Origin: an uncultured bacterium
Lineage (GTDB): Bacteria; Patescibacteriota; JABMPQ01; CAVVCK01
DNA length: 64,000 bases
Assembly (NCBI GenBank): GCA_963746775.1
Contig: CAVVCK010000002.1
Span: 431,656-495,655, forward strand
Direction of reading: 5' to 3'
The first letter of the stretch is position 1, and every line of letters starts with the position of its first letter. Shown one piece after another: positions 39,324-49,583 of this stretch. A program made the position numbers and the translations under genes. A model generated the notes under the pieces. It had not been told where the DNA came from and did not search any database. It saw nothing but the letters and a program-made list of their open reading frames with translations.

Positions 39324-40604
39324 TTAATAAAAACTTTCATAATCTCTCATCACTAATTGCGACTCAATTTGCTTTACAGTTTCCAAGACAACACTTACTA
39401 CAATTAATATACCTGTACCACCAATAGTTAATCCCGGAATATTAAATACTCCTTGTACTATAAATGGTAAAACAGCTACAAAACCTAAAAACAAAGCTCC
39501 AGCTAGAGTTATTCTACTTAGTGTTTTTTGTAAATATTCCGAAGTTAATCGTCCCGGTCTGATACCTGGCACAAAACCTCCTTGTTTTTGAATATTTTCA
39601 GAAATATTTTTTGGATCAAAGGTAACTGCAGTATAGAAATATGTAAAGAAAAACACTAAAATAAAATATAATACTCCATAAAATATTTGGTTCTGGAACA
39701 AATCAACAATATTTTGAGAAATAGTTTTAAGTAAGTTATTATCCGAATTTACAAAAAAATTACCTACCATGCCAGGGAAGATCATAATTGATAAGGCAAA
39801 AATAATTGGAATAACACCAGCTTGATTAACTCGAAGCGGCAAATGCGTAGAAGTTCCTCCATACATTTTCATACCTCTTACTCTTCTAGCATAGTTTATG
39901 GGTATATTTCTTTGTCCTTCGGTAATAAAAACAATACCAGCAATAACTATAACGGCGATAGCTGCGAAAATACCCATATTAAATACTTTAGAAGCATCAA
40001 AATCTACCAAAGCCTGTTGGATAGCTTTAGGAATACTAGATACAATACCAGCAAATATTATCAAAGACACTCCATTACCTATTCCTTTCTCGGTAATAAG
40101 CTCTCCTAACCACATTAGAAATATAGTACCACCAGCTAAAGTAATTATGGTTGTAATTAATTGAAAGATAGATAATTCTCCTAAGATATTTTGTCCTGCC
40201 CTTTGCAATAAATTGATCATAGCATAAGCCTGTAAGCAAGCTAGGGGAACGGTCAGGTATCTAGTTATCATATTGATCTTACGCCTACCAACTTCTCCTT
40301 CTTCTTTCTGTAACTTTTCTAACCTAGGAACAACCATAACGAGTAGCTGCATTATAATTGAAGCAGTAATATAAGGACCAACACCCAAGGCTACTACAGA
40401 AAAATTTTTCATGCCTCCTCCAGAAAACATATTCAATAGACCCAATATTTGATTACTTTGAAAAAAATTTTTAAGGTTTTCAATATCTACTCCAGGAACA
40501 GGAATATGTGCTCCTAATCTGAAGACTACTAACAAAGAAAAAACAAAAAATATCTTTTTTCTAAGATCTTTTATACTAAATATTTGTAATATTTTTTTCC
40601 ACAC
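39324..40604 (-). CDS. secY: Preprotein translocase SecY
   Basis: 426 aa, 10 TM. Conserved SecY plug and ring motifs (GIMPYITASIIMQLL-like). Confidence 0.9.
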   Translation of the reverse strand: MWKKILQIFSIKDLRKKIFFVFSLLVVFRLGAHIPVPGVDIENLKNFFQSNQILGLLNMFSGGGMKNFSVVALGVGPYITASIIMQLLVMVVPRLEKLQKEEGEVGRRKINMITRYLTVPLACLQAYAMINLLQRAGQNILGELSIFQLITTIITLAGGTIFLMWLGELITEKGIGNGVSLIIFAGIVSSIPKAIQQALVDFDASKVFNMGIFAAIAVIVIAGIVFITEGQRNIPINYARRVRGMKMYGGTSTHLPLRVNQAGVIPIIFALSIMIFPGMVGNFFVNSDNNLLKTISQNIVDLFQNQIFYGVLYFILVFFFTYFYTAVTFDPKNISENIQKQGGFVPGIRPGRLTSEYLQKTLSRITLAGALFLGFVAVLPFIVQGVFNIPGLTIGGTGILIVVSVVLETVKQIESQLVMRDYESFY

Positions 40605-40663
40605 TATGATTAAAAGTTAAACGTAGGTCATTAAATGTATAAATAATTTTAAACAGATTCGTT

Positions 40664-41377
40664 TTATTCTTTTGGCTTACTCTTATTAACATCACTGCCT
40701 TTTGACACACACCACCACCAAAAGTTAAACCTTTCACTACCATCAGGTTCAGGTATTAATCTTTGCCGAGCTTCATTTATTAAATATATATAATTTTTTC
40801 TCCCATTCTTGGCTATATTTTCTTCCATAGCATGATCATAATCAAGGATACTTAAATATTGTTTGGCATGAATATCCATTTTAGAAGCTTTTGCTCCTGC
40901 TTGCCATCTACCTAGCCATACCTCCATTTCCCTATAGAAATATTCAACTTTATTTCTCTCTTTCATCATCATTATAATGTCTTCCTTGGAATCATTACCC
41001 ATATTCTCAATATACATTTTATATTTTTCGAAACTATCATCTAAATAAACTCTGATATAATCTACAATTTCATCTATTCTAATCTCATCAAAAATATCAT
41101 ACAATTTTTTATAAAGTTCACTCGCTTCTTTTTTTCTAGTATCAAATTCTTCTTTGTTTATTACTTTATTGGGAATACCGTGTAATTTAACAAAATAATC
41201 AAATTCATTGCTTAACTTTTGCCCTAAATATAAACATTCCGGTAACTCTTTATATTCTAAAGAAGCACTTGAAATATTTTGTTTTAAATCTAATATTGTT
41301 TCAAGTATCAATAGCCAGTCTTTTTTTATCTGGCTCAGCTCTTCATCGGATAAAATCTTTTTTCCGACTGTGTACAT
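40664..41377 (-). CDS. Hypothetical protein inserted between rplO and secY
   Basis: 237-aa soluble, Trp-rich C-terminus (FNFWWWCVSKG). No recognised family. Confidence 0.45.
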   Translation of the reverse strand: MYTVGKKILSDEELSQIKKDWLLILETILDLKQNISSASLEYKELPECLYLGQKLSNEFDYFVKLHGIPNKVINKEEFDTRKKEASELYKKLYDIFDEIRIDEIVDYIRVYLDDSFEKYKMYIENMGNDSKEDIIMMMKERNKVEYFYREMEVWLGRWQAGAKASKMDIHAKQYLSILDYDHAMEENIAKNGRKNYIYLINEARQRLIPEPDGSERFNFWWWCVSKGSDVNKSKPKE

Positions 41378-41438
41378 GGATTAGATGTTATATATGAGAT
41401 ATTAAATGTTAGACTTATAAACACCTACATTTAATAAT

Positions 41439-41930
41439 TTAAGATGCTTTTTTGCTTTTTGAAGCTTTTCTTTCTTTTTTCTTTAATTCAATCTTCTTAA
41501 TTTCACCGCCAGCTTTTTTTATTTTATCTTCTGCACTTTTGGAAAAACTATCTACTTCAACTATTAATTTTTTATCTATATTACCTTCTCCTAAAATTTT
41601 TACTTTTATCTTAAGATTATCAATTAAACCAACTTTCAACAGATTCTCTTTACCTACATTATCACCGTCTTTAAACTTTTTTGCAAGACTAGCTATATTA
41701 ATAATTTCAGGTTTTTCGAAAATTGATTTAAAGCCTCTTTTCTTTGGGATTTGTGAAATTAAGCGAGTTCTGCCACCTTCAAAACCAGGCTTTCTCTTTG
41801 AACCTGATCTTGCTTTCTGACCTTTCATGCCTCTAGCAGAATAGGTACCTTTTCCAGAACCTAGTCCACGACCAACTCTTTTCCCCTTTCTTTTTATACC
41901 TTTGCTTGGTTTTAAATCATTTAATTTCAT
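41439..41930 (-). CDS. rplO: 50S ribosomal protein L15
   Basis: MKLNDLKPSKGIKRKGKRVGRGLGSGKGTYSARG. Confidence 0.9.
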   Translation of the reverse strand: MKLNDLKPSKGIKRKGKRVGRGLGSGKGTYSARGMKGQKARSGSKRKPGFEGGRTRLISQIPKKRGFKSIFEKPEIINIASLAKKFKDGDNVGKENLLKVGLIDNLKIKVKILGEGNIDKKLIVEVDSFSKSAEDKIKKAGGEIKKIELKKKERKASKSKKAS

Positions 41931-41956
41931 ATTTTAAGCTAATAATTATTTAAGTA

Positions 41957-42562
41957 TTATTTCTCAGTCTTTTGTAGTTTCTTAACATTCTTATCTATAG
42001 TTTTATTATCAACGCTAGAGGAACCATTCACTGATTTTTCTTTTTTAAGAAAATATGGAGCAATTTCTCTTAAGCCCTTGCCTCTCCCATCAGCAATTTC
42101 TTGAGGACTCCTAATATTACCTAGTATTTTAATAGCGGCTGTAACATTATTGATCTTATTATTAGAACCTAACATTTTTCCTGAAATATTTTTAATTCCT
42201 GCTAACTCCAAAACAGATCTGACAGCACCACCAGCGATAATACCAGTACCCTCGCTAGCAGGCATTAAAATAATTTTTGCACCTTTATATCTACCTTCAA
42301 CTTTATATGGAATCGTACCATTTACAACCGAAATATTAATTATTTTCTTTTTTGCTTGTAGAACTGCTTTCGATATTGCACCTGAAACATCATTACCTTT
42401 AGCAATGCCTATACCAACTCTGCCTTTTCTATCACCAATACAAATACAAGCTCTAAACCTAAATCTCTTTCCACCAGAAACAACTCTAGATACCCTAGCT
42501 AAATCAACTAGCTTTTGATCAAATTCTGGTTTTTTATCTCTTCTTTTTGAAAATTTCCTCAT
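41957..42562 (-). CDS. rpsE: 30S ribosomal protein S5 (with C-terminal extension)
   Basis: LVDLARVSRVVSGGKRFRFRA core. Confidence 0.9.
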   Translation of the reverse strand: MRKFSKRRDKKPEFDQKLVDLARVSRVVSGGKRFRFRACICIGDRKGRVGIGIAKGNDVSGAISKAVLQAKKKIINISVVNGTIPYKVEGRYKGAKIILMPASEGTGIIAGGAVRSVLELAGIKNISGKMLGSNNKINNVTAAIKILGNIRSPQEIADGRGKGLREIAPYFLKKEKSVNGSSSVDNKTIDKNVKKLQKTEK

Positions 42563-42577
42563 AAAATTATTTAATCT

Positions 42578-42955
42578 TTAAAATTTTAACCCACCAGATC
42601 GAGCACCTTCAGCAAAAGCTCTAACTCTTCCTAAATATCTATATCCACCTCTATCAAATACAACTTCAACAATTTTTTTATCCTTAGCTTTCTTGGCAAT
42701 TAATTCTCCTAATTTTTTTGCTTTTTCGGTTTTATTTAACTTCTCGCTTTTTAATTCTTTATCTAAAACTGAAACTAGTGTTTTGCCATCTTCATCATCA
42801 ATGATCTGTGCGTAATTATTCATATTACTTTTGAAAAAAGATACTCTGGGTCTTTTGGCAGTACCAAAAACTTTACTTCTAATTCTAGTATGTCTTTTTA
42901 TTCTCTTTAATTTTTTAATCTTAGCTTGCTTTGTCTTCTTAAATCTTATTTTCAT
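42578..42955 (-). CDS. rplR: 50S ribosomal protein L18
   Basis: [17 protein letters not shown]-like core. C-terminal [23 protein letters not shown]. Confidence 0.9.
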   Translation of the reverse strand: MKIRFKKTKQAKIKKLKRIKRHTRIRSKVFGTAKRPRVSFFKSNMNNYAQIIDDEDGKTLVSVLDKELKSEKLNKTEKAKKLGELIAKKAKDKKIVEVVFDRGGYRYLGRVRAFAEGARSGGLKF

Positions 42956-43058
42956 TTTTTCTATACTAATTATTACGATGCTAATATACTAATGCATACG
43001 AATCATACGAATGAATTATTAGTATAATTAGTATTCATTCGTATATTTGTATCGCCTA
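42956..43058. repeat. Family-3 intergenic palindromic element (CGATGCTAATATACTAAT ... ATTAGTATTCATTCGTATA)
   Basis: Shares words with 52765-52856 and 55499-55586. Internal inverted repeat ATACGAAT/ATTCGTAT. Confidence 0.55.
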
Positions 43059-43598
43059 TTATGCTTCAGAAGCTGTAGCTTTTTTACCCTCTTTCTTTCT
43101 AACATGTTCATCAATATATCTAATCCCTTTACCTTTATATGGTTCAGGCGATCTCACTTCTCTTATTTCAGCGGAAATTTGCCCTACGAGCTGCTTATCA
43201 ATCCCTGAAATAATAATAATGTTTTTCTCAACTTTAAATTCAATTCCTGCTGGAGCCTCAATTTCTACTGGATTAGTATAACCAATTGTTATAACTAGCT
43301 TTTTACCTTGAATTTGCGCTTTATAACCAACACCAACAATTTCTAATTTCTTTTCAAAACCACGGACAACCCCTTCTACTAAATTACTAACAAGCTGCCT
43401 ATATGTACCCCACATGGCTTTCATTGCTTTATTCTTTAATGATACAATAATTTGTGAATCTTTCTTTTCAATTCCAACATTAGGATTTAAATCTAGTTTC
43501 AATTCTCCTTTTGGTCCTTTGCAAATAATATTGCTCTCTGTAATTTTTATTTCTACCCCTTCTGGAATTGTAATTGGTAGTTTTCCTATTCTAGACAT
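43059..43598 (-). CDS. rplF: 50S ribosomal protein L6
   Basis: MSRIGKLPITIPEGV. Confidence 0.9.
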   Translation of the reverse strand: MSRIGKLPITIPEGVEIKITESNIICKGPKGELKLDLNPNVGIEKKDSQIIVSLKNKAMKAMWGTYRQLVSNLVEGVVRGFEKKLEIVGVGYKAQIQGKKLVITIGYTNPVEIEAPAGIEFKVEKNIIIISGIDKQLVGQISAEIREVRSPEPYKGKGIRYIDEHVRKKEGKKATASEA

Positions 43599-43615
43599 AT
43601 TTTAAAAATATTCGT

Positions 43616-44005
43616 TTAATAAATATAACAAACAACTTCTCCGCCTAAATTATTCTTTTTAGCATTTTTATTAGTCATTAAGCCCTTGGAAGTTGAGATA
43701 ATAGCTACTCCCAAACCATTTAATACATTTGGCAGATTAGCTTTATTTACATAAATTCTTTGTCCTGGTTTGCTTATTTTTCTAATCTTTTGGATTATTG
43801 ATCTTTTTTGTGAATCGTATTTCAATTCTAAAATAATTTCTTTAGGAAATTTATCTTTTACTTTAATAGACTTAATATATCCTTCTTCTTTTAAAATTTT
43901 AGCTAAAGAATTTTTTTCTTTAGACATAGGAATAGAAACCACAGCCAGTTTTGCATTCTGGGCGTTTCTAATTCTGGTTAACATGTCAGATATTGGATCG
44001 GTCAT
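43616..44005 (-). CDS. rpsH: 30S ribosomal protein S8
   Basis: MTDPISDMLTRIRNAQ. Confidence 0.9.
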   Translation of the reverse strand: MTDPISDMLTRIRNAQNAKLAVVSIPMSKEKNSLAKILKEEGYIKSIKVKDKFPKEIILELKYDSQKRSIIQKIRKISKPGQRIYVNKANLPNVLNGLGVAIISTSKGLMTNKNAKKNNLGGEVVCYIY

Positions 44006-44074
44006 ATTTATTCTTTAAAAACATTAAACTTTAAATATAAAACTATAAGAAAAAACAACTACTATTCTTAACTT

Positions 44075-44266
44075 TTACCAACTAGATTTTTTAACACCAG
44101 GAATTTCTCCGTTTGATGCTAGCTCACGAAAATGAATTCTGCAAACACCATATTTTCTCATATAACCATGAATTCTGCCACAACCAGGAATTTTACACCT
44201 ATTTATTTTTCTAGTGCTAAACTTTGGTTTTTTTTCTGCTTTTGCAATTAATGCTGTTCTAGCCAT
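44075..44266 (-). CDS. rpsN: 30S ribosomal protein S14, zinc-binding type Z
   Basis: 63 aa. [25 protein letters not shown]. Confidence 0.88.
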   Translation of the reverse strand: MARTALIAKAEKKPKFSTRKINRCKIPGCGRIHGYMRKYGVCRIHFRELASNGEIPGVKKSSW

Positions 44267-44277
44267 ATTTTATTTAA

Positions 44278-44820
44278 TTATTCTTTTTTCTTAAATGGAA
44301 ATCCATATAATTCTAATAACTTCTTTACTTCTTCGTCTTTCTTAGCATTGGTTGTTATACATACTTCCAACCCATAAACCCTCTCTACATCGCTTGAACC
44401 TACTTCTGGAAAAACAGTGTGCTCCTTGAATCCTATGGAATAATTGCCAGATCCATCAAAACTTTTAGTAGATATACCTCTAAAATCTCTAACACGAGGA
44501 AATACTACATTGATTAACTTATTCAAAAATTCATACATATATTCTCCGCGCAAAGTTACTTTTAATCCTATTACTTGTCCTTCTCTTATAGAAAAACCAG
44601 ATATAGCTTTTTTTGCTGTAGTTTTAACTGGAGCTTGTCCTGTAATTTTTTTAATAGTCTCAATTACCTCATCAATATATTTAGTTTCTTTTAAAAATGG
44701 TCCAAGTCCAACATTTACAGTTACTTTCTTAATATTAGGTACTTGTAGATTATTTTTAAAACCAAACTTTTCCTTCATTTTCGGTACTATTTCTTTTTTG
44801 TATCTTTCCTTTAATGTCAT
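44278..44820 (-). CDS. rplE: 50S ribosomal protein L5
   Basis: MTLKERYKKEIVPKMKEKFGFKN. Confidence 0.9.
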   Translation of the reverse strand: MTLKERYKKEIVPKMKEKFGFKNNLQVPNIKKVTVNVGLGPFLKETKYIDEVIETIKKITGQAPVKTTAKKAISGFSIREGQVIGLKVTLRGEYMYEFLNKLINVVFPRVRDFRGISTKSFDGSGNYSIGFKEHTVFPEVGSSDVERVYGLEVCITTNAKKDEEVKKLLELYGFPFKKKE

Positions 44821-44829
44821 AAATATTTA

Positions 44830-45153
44830 CTAAATTACGTTTTTACATTTTTTACAAATTCTTGTCTTCTTTTTATCTTGAATCTTTGTTCCAACTCTTA
44901 CTGGTTTATTGCACTTTGAACAAAATATCATAGCGTTAGAGCTAGATATAGGCGCATTAAATTCAATTCTCTCACCTTTTTCCTTGCCTTTTCTTTGCTT
45001 TAAATGTTTGTACATCTTATTTACACCTTCAACTACAACTTTGTTATTTTCAGAAAATATCTGCAAAACTTTGCCTTTTTTACCTCTATCTTTTCCATTA
45101 ATAACTACTACTATATCGTCTTTTTTTATCTTCATAATATTTATACTTAACAT
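44830..45153 (-). CDS. rplX: 50S ribosomal protein L24 with C-terminal Cys4 zinc-ribbon-like extension
   Basis: MKIKKDDIVVVINGKDRGKKGKVLQI KOW core. C-terminal CSKCNKPV...CKKCKNVI. Confidence 0.85.
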   Translation of the reverse strand: MLSINIMKIKKDDIVVVINGKDRGKKGKVLQIFSENNKVVVEGVNKMYKHLKQRKGKEKGERIEFNAPISSSNAMIFCSKCNKPVRVGTKIQDKKKTRICKKCKNVI

Positions 45154-45171
45154 AAATCATTAACTATGTAA

Positions 45172-45250
45172 TTATCCGCTTTATCCGCCAAATCCGCTAT
45201 ATCCGTAAACTACAAATAGCGGATAAAGCGGATTCTGCGGATAGACGGAA
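45172..45250. repeat. Family-2 palindromic element (ATCCGC words) inserted between rplN and rplX
   Basis: TTATCCGCTTTATCCGCCAAATCCGCTATATCCGTAAAC...TAGCGGATAAAGCGGATTCTGCGGATAGACGG. CCGCTTTATCCGC and GCGGATAAAGCGG are exact reverse complements. Confidence 0.65.
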
Positions 45251-45280
45251 AAAACATACTGATAAATTTTATAATCTACT

Positions 45281-45649
45281 CTATAATACTTCTGGTGCTA
45301 ATGAAATAATTTTCATATAGCCAGCTTTTCTAACTTCACGAGCAATTGGACCAAATATACGACTTCCTTTTGGCTCTTTTCCATCCAATATAACTGCTGC
45401 ATTATCATCAAATCTAACAAAACTACCGTCTGCTCTAGTAAACTCTTTTCTTTGCCTGACAATCACAGCCTTTACTACTTCCTTTTTCTTAACTATACCA
45501 CGAGGTAGAGCTTCTTTTACTGAGGCAACTATAATTTCTCCTATTCCAGCATAAGTTTTTTTATTCCCACCAGGTAGAACTTGAATACACTTAATTACTT
45601 TTGCTCCGGTATTATCAGCTACTATTAGCTTTGTTCCTTTTTGTATCAT
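45281..45649 (-). CDS. rplN: 50S ribosomal protein L14
   Basis: [17 protein letters not shown]. Confidence 0.92.
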   Translation of the reverse strand: MIQKGTKLIVADNTGAKVIKCIQVLPGGNKKTYAGIGEIIVASVKEALPRGIVKKKEVVKAVIVRQRKEFTRADGSFVRFDDNAAVILDGKEPKGSRIFGPIAREVRKAGYMKIISLAPEVL

Positions 45650-45658
45650 ATAAATAAA

Positions 45659-45916
45659 TTATTTAACAATTTTTACAACTCTCCATCTTTTATCTCTTGA
45701 TAGGGGCCGACATTCTCTAATTATAACTTTATCTCCTTCATGATATTCATTCTTCTCATCGTGAGCTTTGTATTTTTTAGTTATTTTATATCTTTTCTTG
45801 TATAATCTGTGTGTTTTAAAAGTATCAACTGCTACCACAACAGTTTTATCTGCTTTATCACTTACAATAACACCCGTTAAATTCCTATATATTTTATTAA
45901 CTTTTTTATTATCCAT
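45659..45916 (-). CDS. rpsQ: 30S ribosomal protein S17
   Basis: GVIVSDKADKTVVVAVDTFKTHRLYKK. Confidence 0.9.
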   Translation of the reverse strand: MDNKKVNKIYRNLTGVIVSDKADKTVVVAVDTFKTHRLYKKRYKITKKYKAHDEKNEYHEGDKVIIRECRPLSRDKRWRVVKIVK

Positions 45917-45924
45917 AATTTTAC

Positions 45925-46140
45925 TTATTTACTTTCGTTAGATACTTTTTCTAATAATATCTTTTCTTTCATAATAGTTAAAATTTGACTTATACCTTTC
46001 TTAATTTTATCTACTTTTTTATAATCTTTAACTTGTCTTGAAGCAACTTTAAATCTGACTTCACGCAATTCATTCCTCTGTTCTGCTAAAAGCTTATGTA
46101 ATTCTTTATTAGTCTTTTTTCTTATTTCTTCTACTTTCAT
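45925..46140 (-). CDS. rpmC: 50S ribosomal protein L29
   Basis: MKVEEIRKKTNKELHKLLAEQRNELREVRFK. Confidence 0.85.
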   Translation of the reverse strand: MKVEEIRKKTNKELHKLLAEQRNELREVRFKVASRQVKDYKKVDKIKKGISQILTIMKEKILLEKVSNESK

Positions 46141-46149
46141 TATTTTTAT

Positions 46150-46566
46150 CTATTGTTCTTTTGATACAAACTTAGTTTTAATTGGTAATTTATTGGAAGC
46201 AAGTCTCATTGCTTCTTTAGCAATGTCAAAACTTACACCATCCATTTCAAATACAATTCTGCCCGGTTTTACTGGTACTACATAATGGTCAACTGCGCCC
46301 TTTCCCTTACCCATAGGAACTTCAGCACCTTTCATAGTAACTGGCTTATCTGGAAATATTCTAATCCAGACCTTTCCACCTCTTTGAATAAAACGTGTCA
46401 TTGCTCGCCTAGCTGCCTCAATCTGACGTGAAGTAATCCATTTTTGCTCTAAAGCTTTCAATCCATAAGTTCCAAAATCTAAATTACATCCAGCCTTAGA
46501 TTTACCTTTGGTTCTTCTGGTTCCCTTATGCCATTTTCTATGTTTTACTTTCTTAGGAATTAACAT
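46150..46566 (-). CDS. rplP: 50S ribosomal protein L16
   Basis: [15 protein letters not shown] ... RIFPDKPVT. Confidence 0.92.
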   Translation of the reverse strand: MLIPKKVKHRKWHKGTRRTKGKSKAGCNLDFGTYGLKALEQKWITSRQIEAARRAMTRFIQRGGKVWIRIFPDKPVTMKGAEVPMGKGKGAVDHYVVPVKPGRIVFEMDGVSFDIAKEAMRLASNKLPIKTKFVSKEQ

Positions 46567-46574
46567 ATATATAA

Positions 46575-47240
46575 TTATTTCTTATCCTTATTTTTACTTT
46601 TATTAAAAATCTCACCTTTATAAATCCAAACTTTAATACCTATAATACCATATGTCGTTAAAGCATTGTACTTAGCAAAGTCTACATTAGCGCGCAGCGT
46701 ATGTAAAGGAATTTTTCCTTCGGCTAACCATTCTCTTCTGGCAATATCAACTCCTCCAAGACGTCCAGCTACCATAATTTTAATTCCTTCTACATCCCTT
46801 GCCTGCATTGATTTTTCTATAGCTTTCTTTAAAGCTTTTCTATATGATATTCTTTTTTCTAACTGTTCAGCAATATTTTGGGCAACCAGATTAGCGTTTT
46901 CTTCTGGGTTCTTTATTTCTTTAATATTTATTTCAACTTTAGATTTTTTTGAAGATATAAGCTTCTTAGCATCTTTCTTTAATTCTTCTACCCCTACACC
47001 CGATCTGCCAATAATTATACCTGGTCTAGAAGAATAAATATTAATTTTTACAACTTGTGGACCTCGTTCTATCTGACAATCAGCAACACCAGCATTTTTT
47101 AATTTTTTATTTATAAAATCCTTTAACTTAAGGTCTTCAAGAAAATAATTTCTATATTTTTTGCCATCAGCAAACCACTTAGAATGCCAAGTCTTATTTA
47201 TACCTAAACGAAAACTAATTGGATTTATTTTGTGTCCCAT
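46575..47240 (-). CDS. rpsC: 30S ribosomal protein S3
   Basis: [25 protein letters not shown] domain. Confidence 0.92.
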   Translation of the reverse strand: MGHKINPISFRLGINKTWHSKWFADGKKYRNYFLEDLKLKDFINKKLKNAGVADCQIERGPQVVKINIYSSRPGIIIGRSGVGVEELKKDAKKLISSKKSKVEINIKEIKNPEENANLVAQNIAEQLEKRISYRKALKKAIEKSMQARDVEGIKIMVAGRLGGVDIARREWLAEGKIPLHTLRANVDFAKYNALTTYGIIGIKVWIYKGEIFNKSKNKDKK

Positions 47241-47258
47241 AATAAATTTTTAAAATTA

Positions 47259-47798
47259 TTATACGCTCTTACGTCTAAATATTTTCTTTAATACTCCACC
47301 ATTTCTAGATGGTTTAGTATTTCTTTTATTATTTATATCAAATTTATTTTTCTTCTTATCGTTTCTATTATCTTTATTATCCTTATCATCTTTTTCATTT
47401 TTTAGATTAGTCTGAGTTATGGTTTTTTTATCTTTTACTATACTTTTAGCTTTTTTTTTGCCAGCTACCCTTTCATCTAAAACTAAGGTAACATGCGAAG
47501 TTCTTTTTATTATTGGATTAGCCCTGCCAAAAGCTCTTGGTTTCCATCTCTTCAATACAGCACCTCCATCTACAAAAACCTTACTAATATATAGATTGCT
47601 TTTTTCCATACTATAATTATGTTCTGCTGTAGCTACTGCTGAATTTAATAATTTTAAAATTGGTAAAGATGCTTTTTTTCTTAGATTTTTCAATTGCATC
47701 TCACCTTTTTCTACATCTAATCCCCTAATCAAATCAACTACCAAGCGGCATTTCTGAGGAGACATATGTAAATGTTTTGATTTACTAGTTAATTTCAT
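47259..47798 (-). CDS. rplV: 50S ribosomal protein L22 (with long basic C-terminal extension)
   Basis: L22 core (SPQKCRLVVDLIRG...). C-terminal KD-rich low-complexity tail. Confidence 0.88.
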   Translation of the reverse strand: MKLTSKSKHLHMSPQKCRLVVDLIRGLDVEKGEMQLKNLRKKASLPILKLLNSAVATAEHNYSMEKSNLYISKVFVDGGAVLKRWKPRAFGRANPIIKRTSHVTLVLDERVAGKKKAKSIVKDKKTITQTNLKNEKDDKDNKDNRNDKKKNKFDINNKRNTKPSRNGGVLKKIFRRKSV

Positions 47799-47816
47799 AA
47801 TTATTGAATATCAATA

Positions 47817-48149
47817 TTATTCTTTTTTATCTTTTACTGGAGCAGCAGGTGCTGATTCTTTTACCTTTGCTTCTGCTTCTTCTTCTTTAGCCATTCTGCC
47901 ACCATGTACTACGAATTTCTTAGTAGGTGAAAATTCACCTAATTTATGCCCCACCATTTCTTCTGTTATAAATACAGGAATATGTTCTTTCCCATTATGA
48001 ACACCTAAAGTAAAATTGATCATTTCAGGAAAAATGGTTGATCTTCTAGACCAGGTTTTAATGATTCTTTTATCTCCTGGCTTTAGGTCTTTAATTTTTT
48101 TTAATAACTTAGGATCACAGAATGGTCCTTTTTTAAGTGATCTGGACAT
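47817..48149 (-). CDS. rpsS: 30S ribosomal protein S19 (with C-terminal Ala/Lys/Glu tail)
   Basis: [10 protein letters not shown] ... [10 protein letters not shown]. Confidence 0.9.
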   Translation of the reverse strand: MSRSLKKGPFCDPKLLKKIKDLKPGDKRIIKTWSRRSTIFPEMINFTLGVHNGKEHIPVFITEEMVGHKLGEFSPTKKFVVHGGRMAKEEEAEAKVKESAPAAPVKDKKE

Positions 48150-48153
48150 AATA

Positions 48154-48996
48154 TTATTTTCTTCTTTTAATAATCAATTTACTTGATCTCTTTTTCTTAT
48201 TTCTTGTCTTAACACCGATGGCTGGCTTACCCCAAGGTGTTTTAGGATGTTTCATACCTATCGGAGTTGATCCTTCACCACCACCATGCGGATGATCAAC
48301 TGGATTCATTGCTTTACCTCTGACGTGCGGTCTAATACCTTTCCATCTTTTTCTACCTGCTTTACCTATCTCTATATTAATATGTTCTACATTACTTACT
48401 TGGCCAACAGTTGCCATACAACTAGATAATATATTTCTTACCTCACCCGAAGAAAGTTTTACCTGGGCATATTTATTCTCTATAGACATTAACTGAACTT
48501 GTGAACCAGCACTTTTGGCTAACTGTGAACCTCTACCAGGGTAAAGTTCTATTTCAGAAATAAATGTACCTGTTGGAATATATTTCATAGGCATTCTATT
48601 ACCTATATTTGCATCTATTTTCTTTTTAGATGATAAAATTTTGTCTCCTACTTTAATTAATTCAGGAGCAACTATATAACTTTTTTTACCATCTTCATAT
48701 TTAATTAAAGCAATAAAAGCGGTCCTATTTGGATCATACTCTAGGGCAATTACTTCTGTAATCTCATCATATCTACTTCTTTTGAAATCAACTATTCTAT
48801 ATCTTCTACTATTACCACCACCTCTGTGTCTCGAAGTAACTCTACCAGTACTTTTACTTCTGCCAGTTTTTTTTCTGGATTTCAATAATAAAGATTTCTC
48901 CGGTTTTTTCTTTGTTAGAACACTATAATCAACCGTTTTCATATAACGTCTCGATGGGGTTGTTGGTTTGTAAGTTTTTACTGACATATCTAACAA
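48154..48996 (-). CDS. rplB: 50S ribosomal protein L2
   Basis: [11 protein letters not shown] signature. Confidence 0.92.
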   Translation of the reverse strand: MLDMSVKTYKPTTPSRRYMKTVDYSVLTKKKPEKSLLLKSRKKTGRSKSTGRVTSRHRGGGNSRRYRIVDFKRSRYDEITEVIALEYDPNRTAFIALIKYEDGKKSYIVAPELIKVGDKILSSKKKIDANIGNRMPMKYIPTGTFISEIELYPGRGSQLAKSAGSQVQLMSIENKYAQVKLSSGEVRNILSSCMATVGQVSNVEHINIEIGKAGRKRWKGIRPHVRGKAMNPVDHPHGGGEGSTPIGMKHPKTPWGKPAIGVKTRNKKKRSSKLIIKRRK

Positions 48997-49181
48997 TTAA
49001 TAATTGATAATAAATAATGAAAATGAAATTAGTTATTTAGAAAATAGAAATTTGTAATAGATATTAGAAACTAGAATTACAAATTTCTATTTTCTACTTT
49101 CAATTACCCTTTTCTAGTTTCTGTACATCCAGTTTCATGTAAAATATTTTAAATGTGATCACTTTCAATAACAAATATAAT
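48997..49181. repeat. Family-1 intergenic inverted-repeat element inserted between rplW and rplB
   Basis: TAGAAAATAGAAATTTGTAATAGATATTAGAAACTAGAATTACAAATTTCTATTTTCTA (imperfect palindrome). A 185-nt gap in an otherwise tightly packed operon. Confidence 0.55.
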
Positions 49182-49574
49182 TTATACACCATCATATATC
49201 TGAATCGTCTGTCCTTTAGGTAAAGCTACTATAGCTTTTTTGTAAGTAGATGTCCTGCCTTGTACTTTGCCATATCTTCGCTCTTTTCCACCAACCTTTA
49301 TAGTATTAATACTTATTGGTTTTATTCCATAAACATCTTTAATTGCCTGACTTATTTCTTTTTTATTAGCTTTATTTGATACTATAAAAATATATTTATT
49401 CTCTTCACTTAAATAAGTTGCTTTCTCAGAAATTTGGGGATAAAGTAAAATTTTGTGAGCATTGCTTTCAATTTTAGCTTTCGATTTTTCAACCTTTTTA
49501 GGAGTTTTCTTTTTGCTATCTTTCTTTTTACTATCAACTTTTTCTTCTTTTTTAAATTTATCTAAAATACTCAT
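49182..49574 (-). CDS. rplW: 50S ribosomal protein L23 (with N-terminal Lys-rich extension)
   Basis: LLYPQISEKATYLSEENKYIFIVSNKANKKEI. Confidence 0.88.
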   Translation of the reverse strand: MSILDKFKKEEKVDSKKKDSKKKTPKKVEKSKAKIESNAHKILLYPQISEKATYLSEENKYIFIVSNKANKKEISQAIKDVYGIKPISINTIKVGGKERRYGKVQGRTSTYKKAIVALPKGQTIQIYDGV

Positions 49575-49583
49575 TTTATAAAT

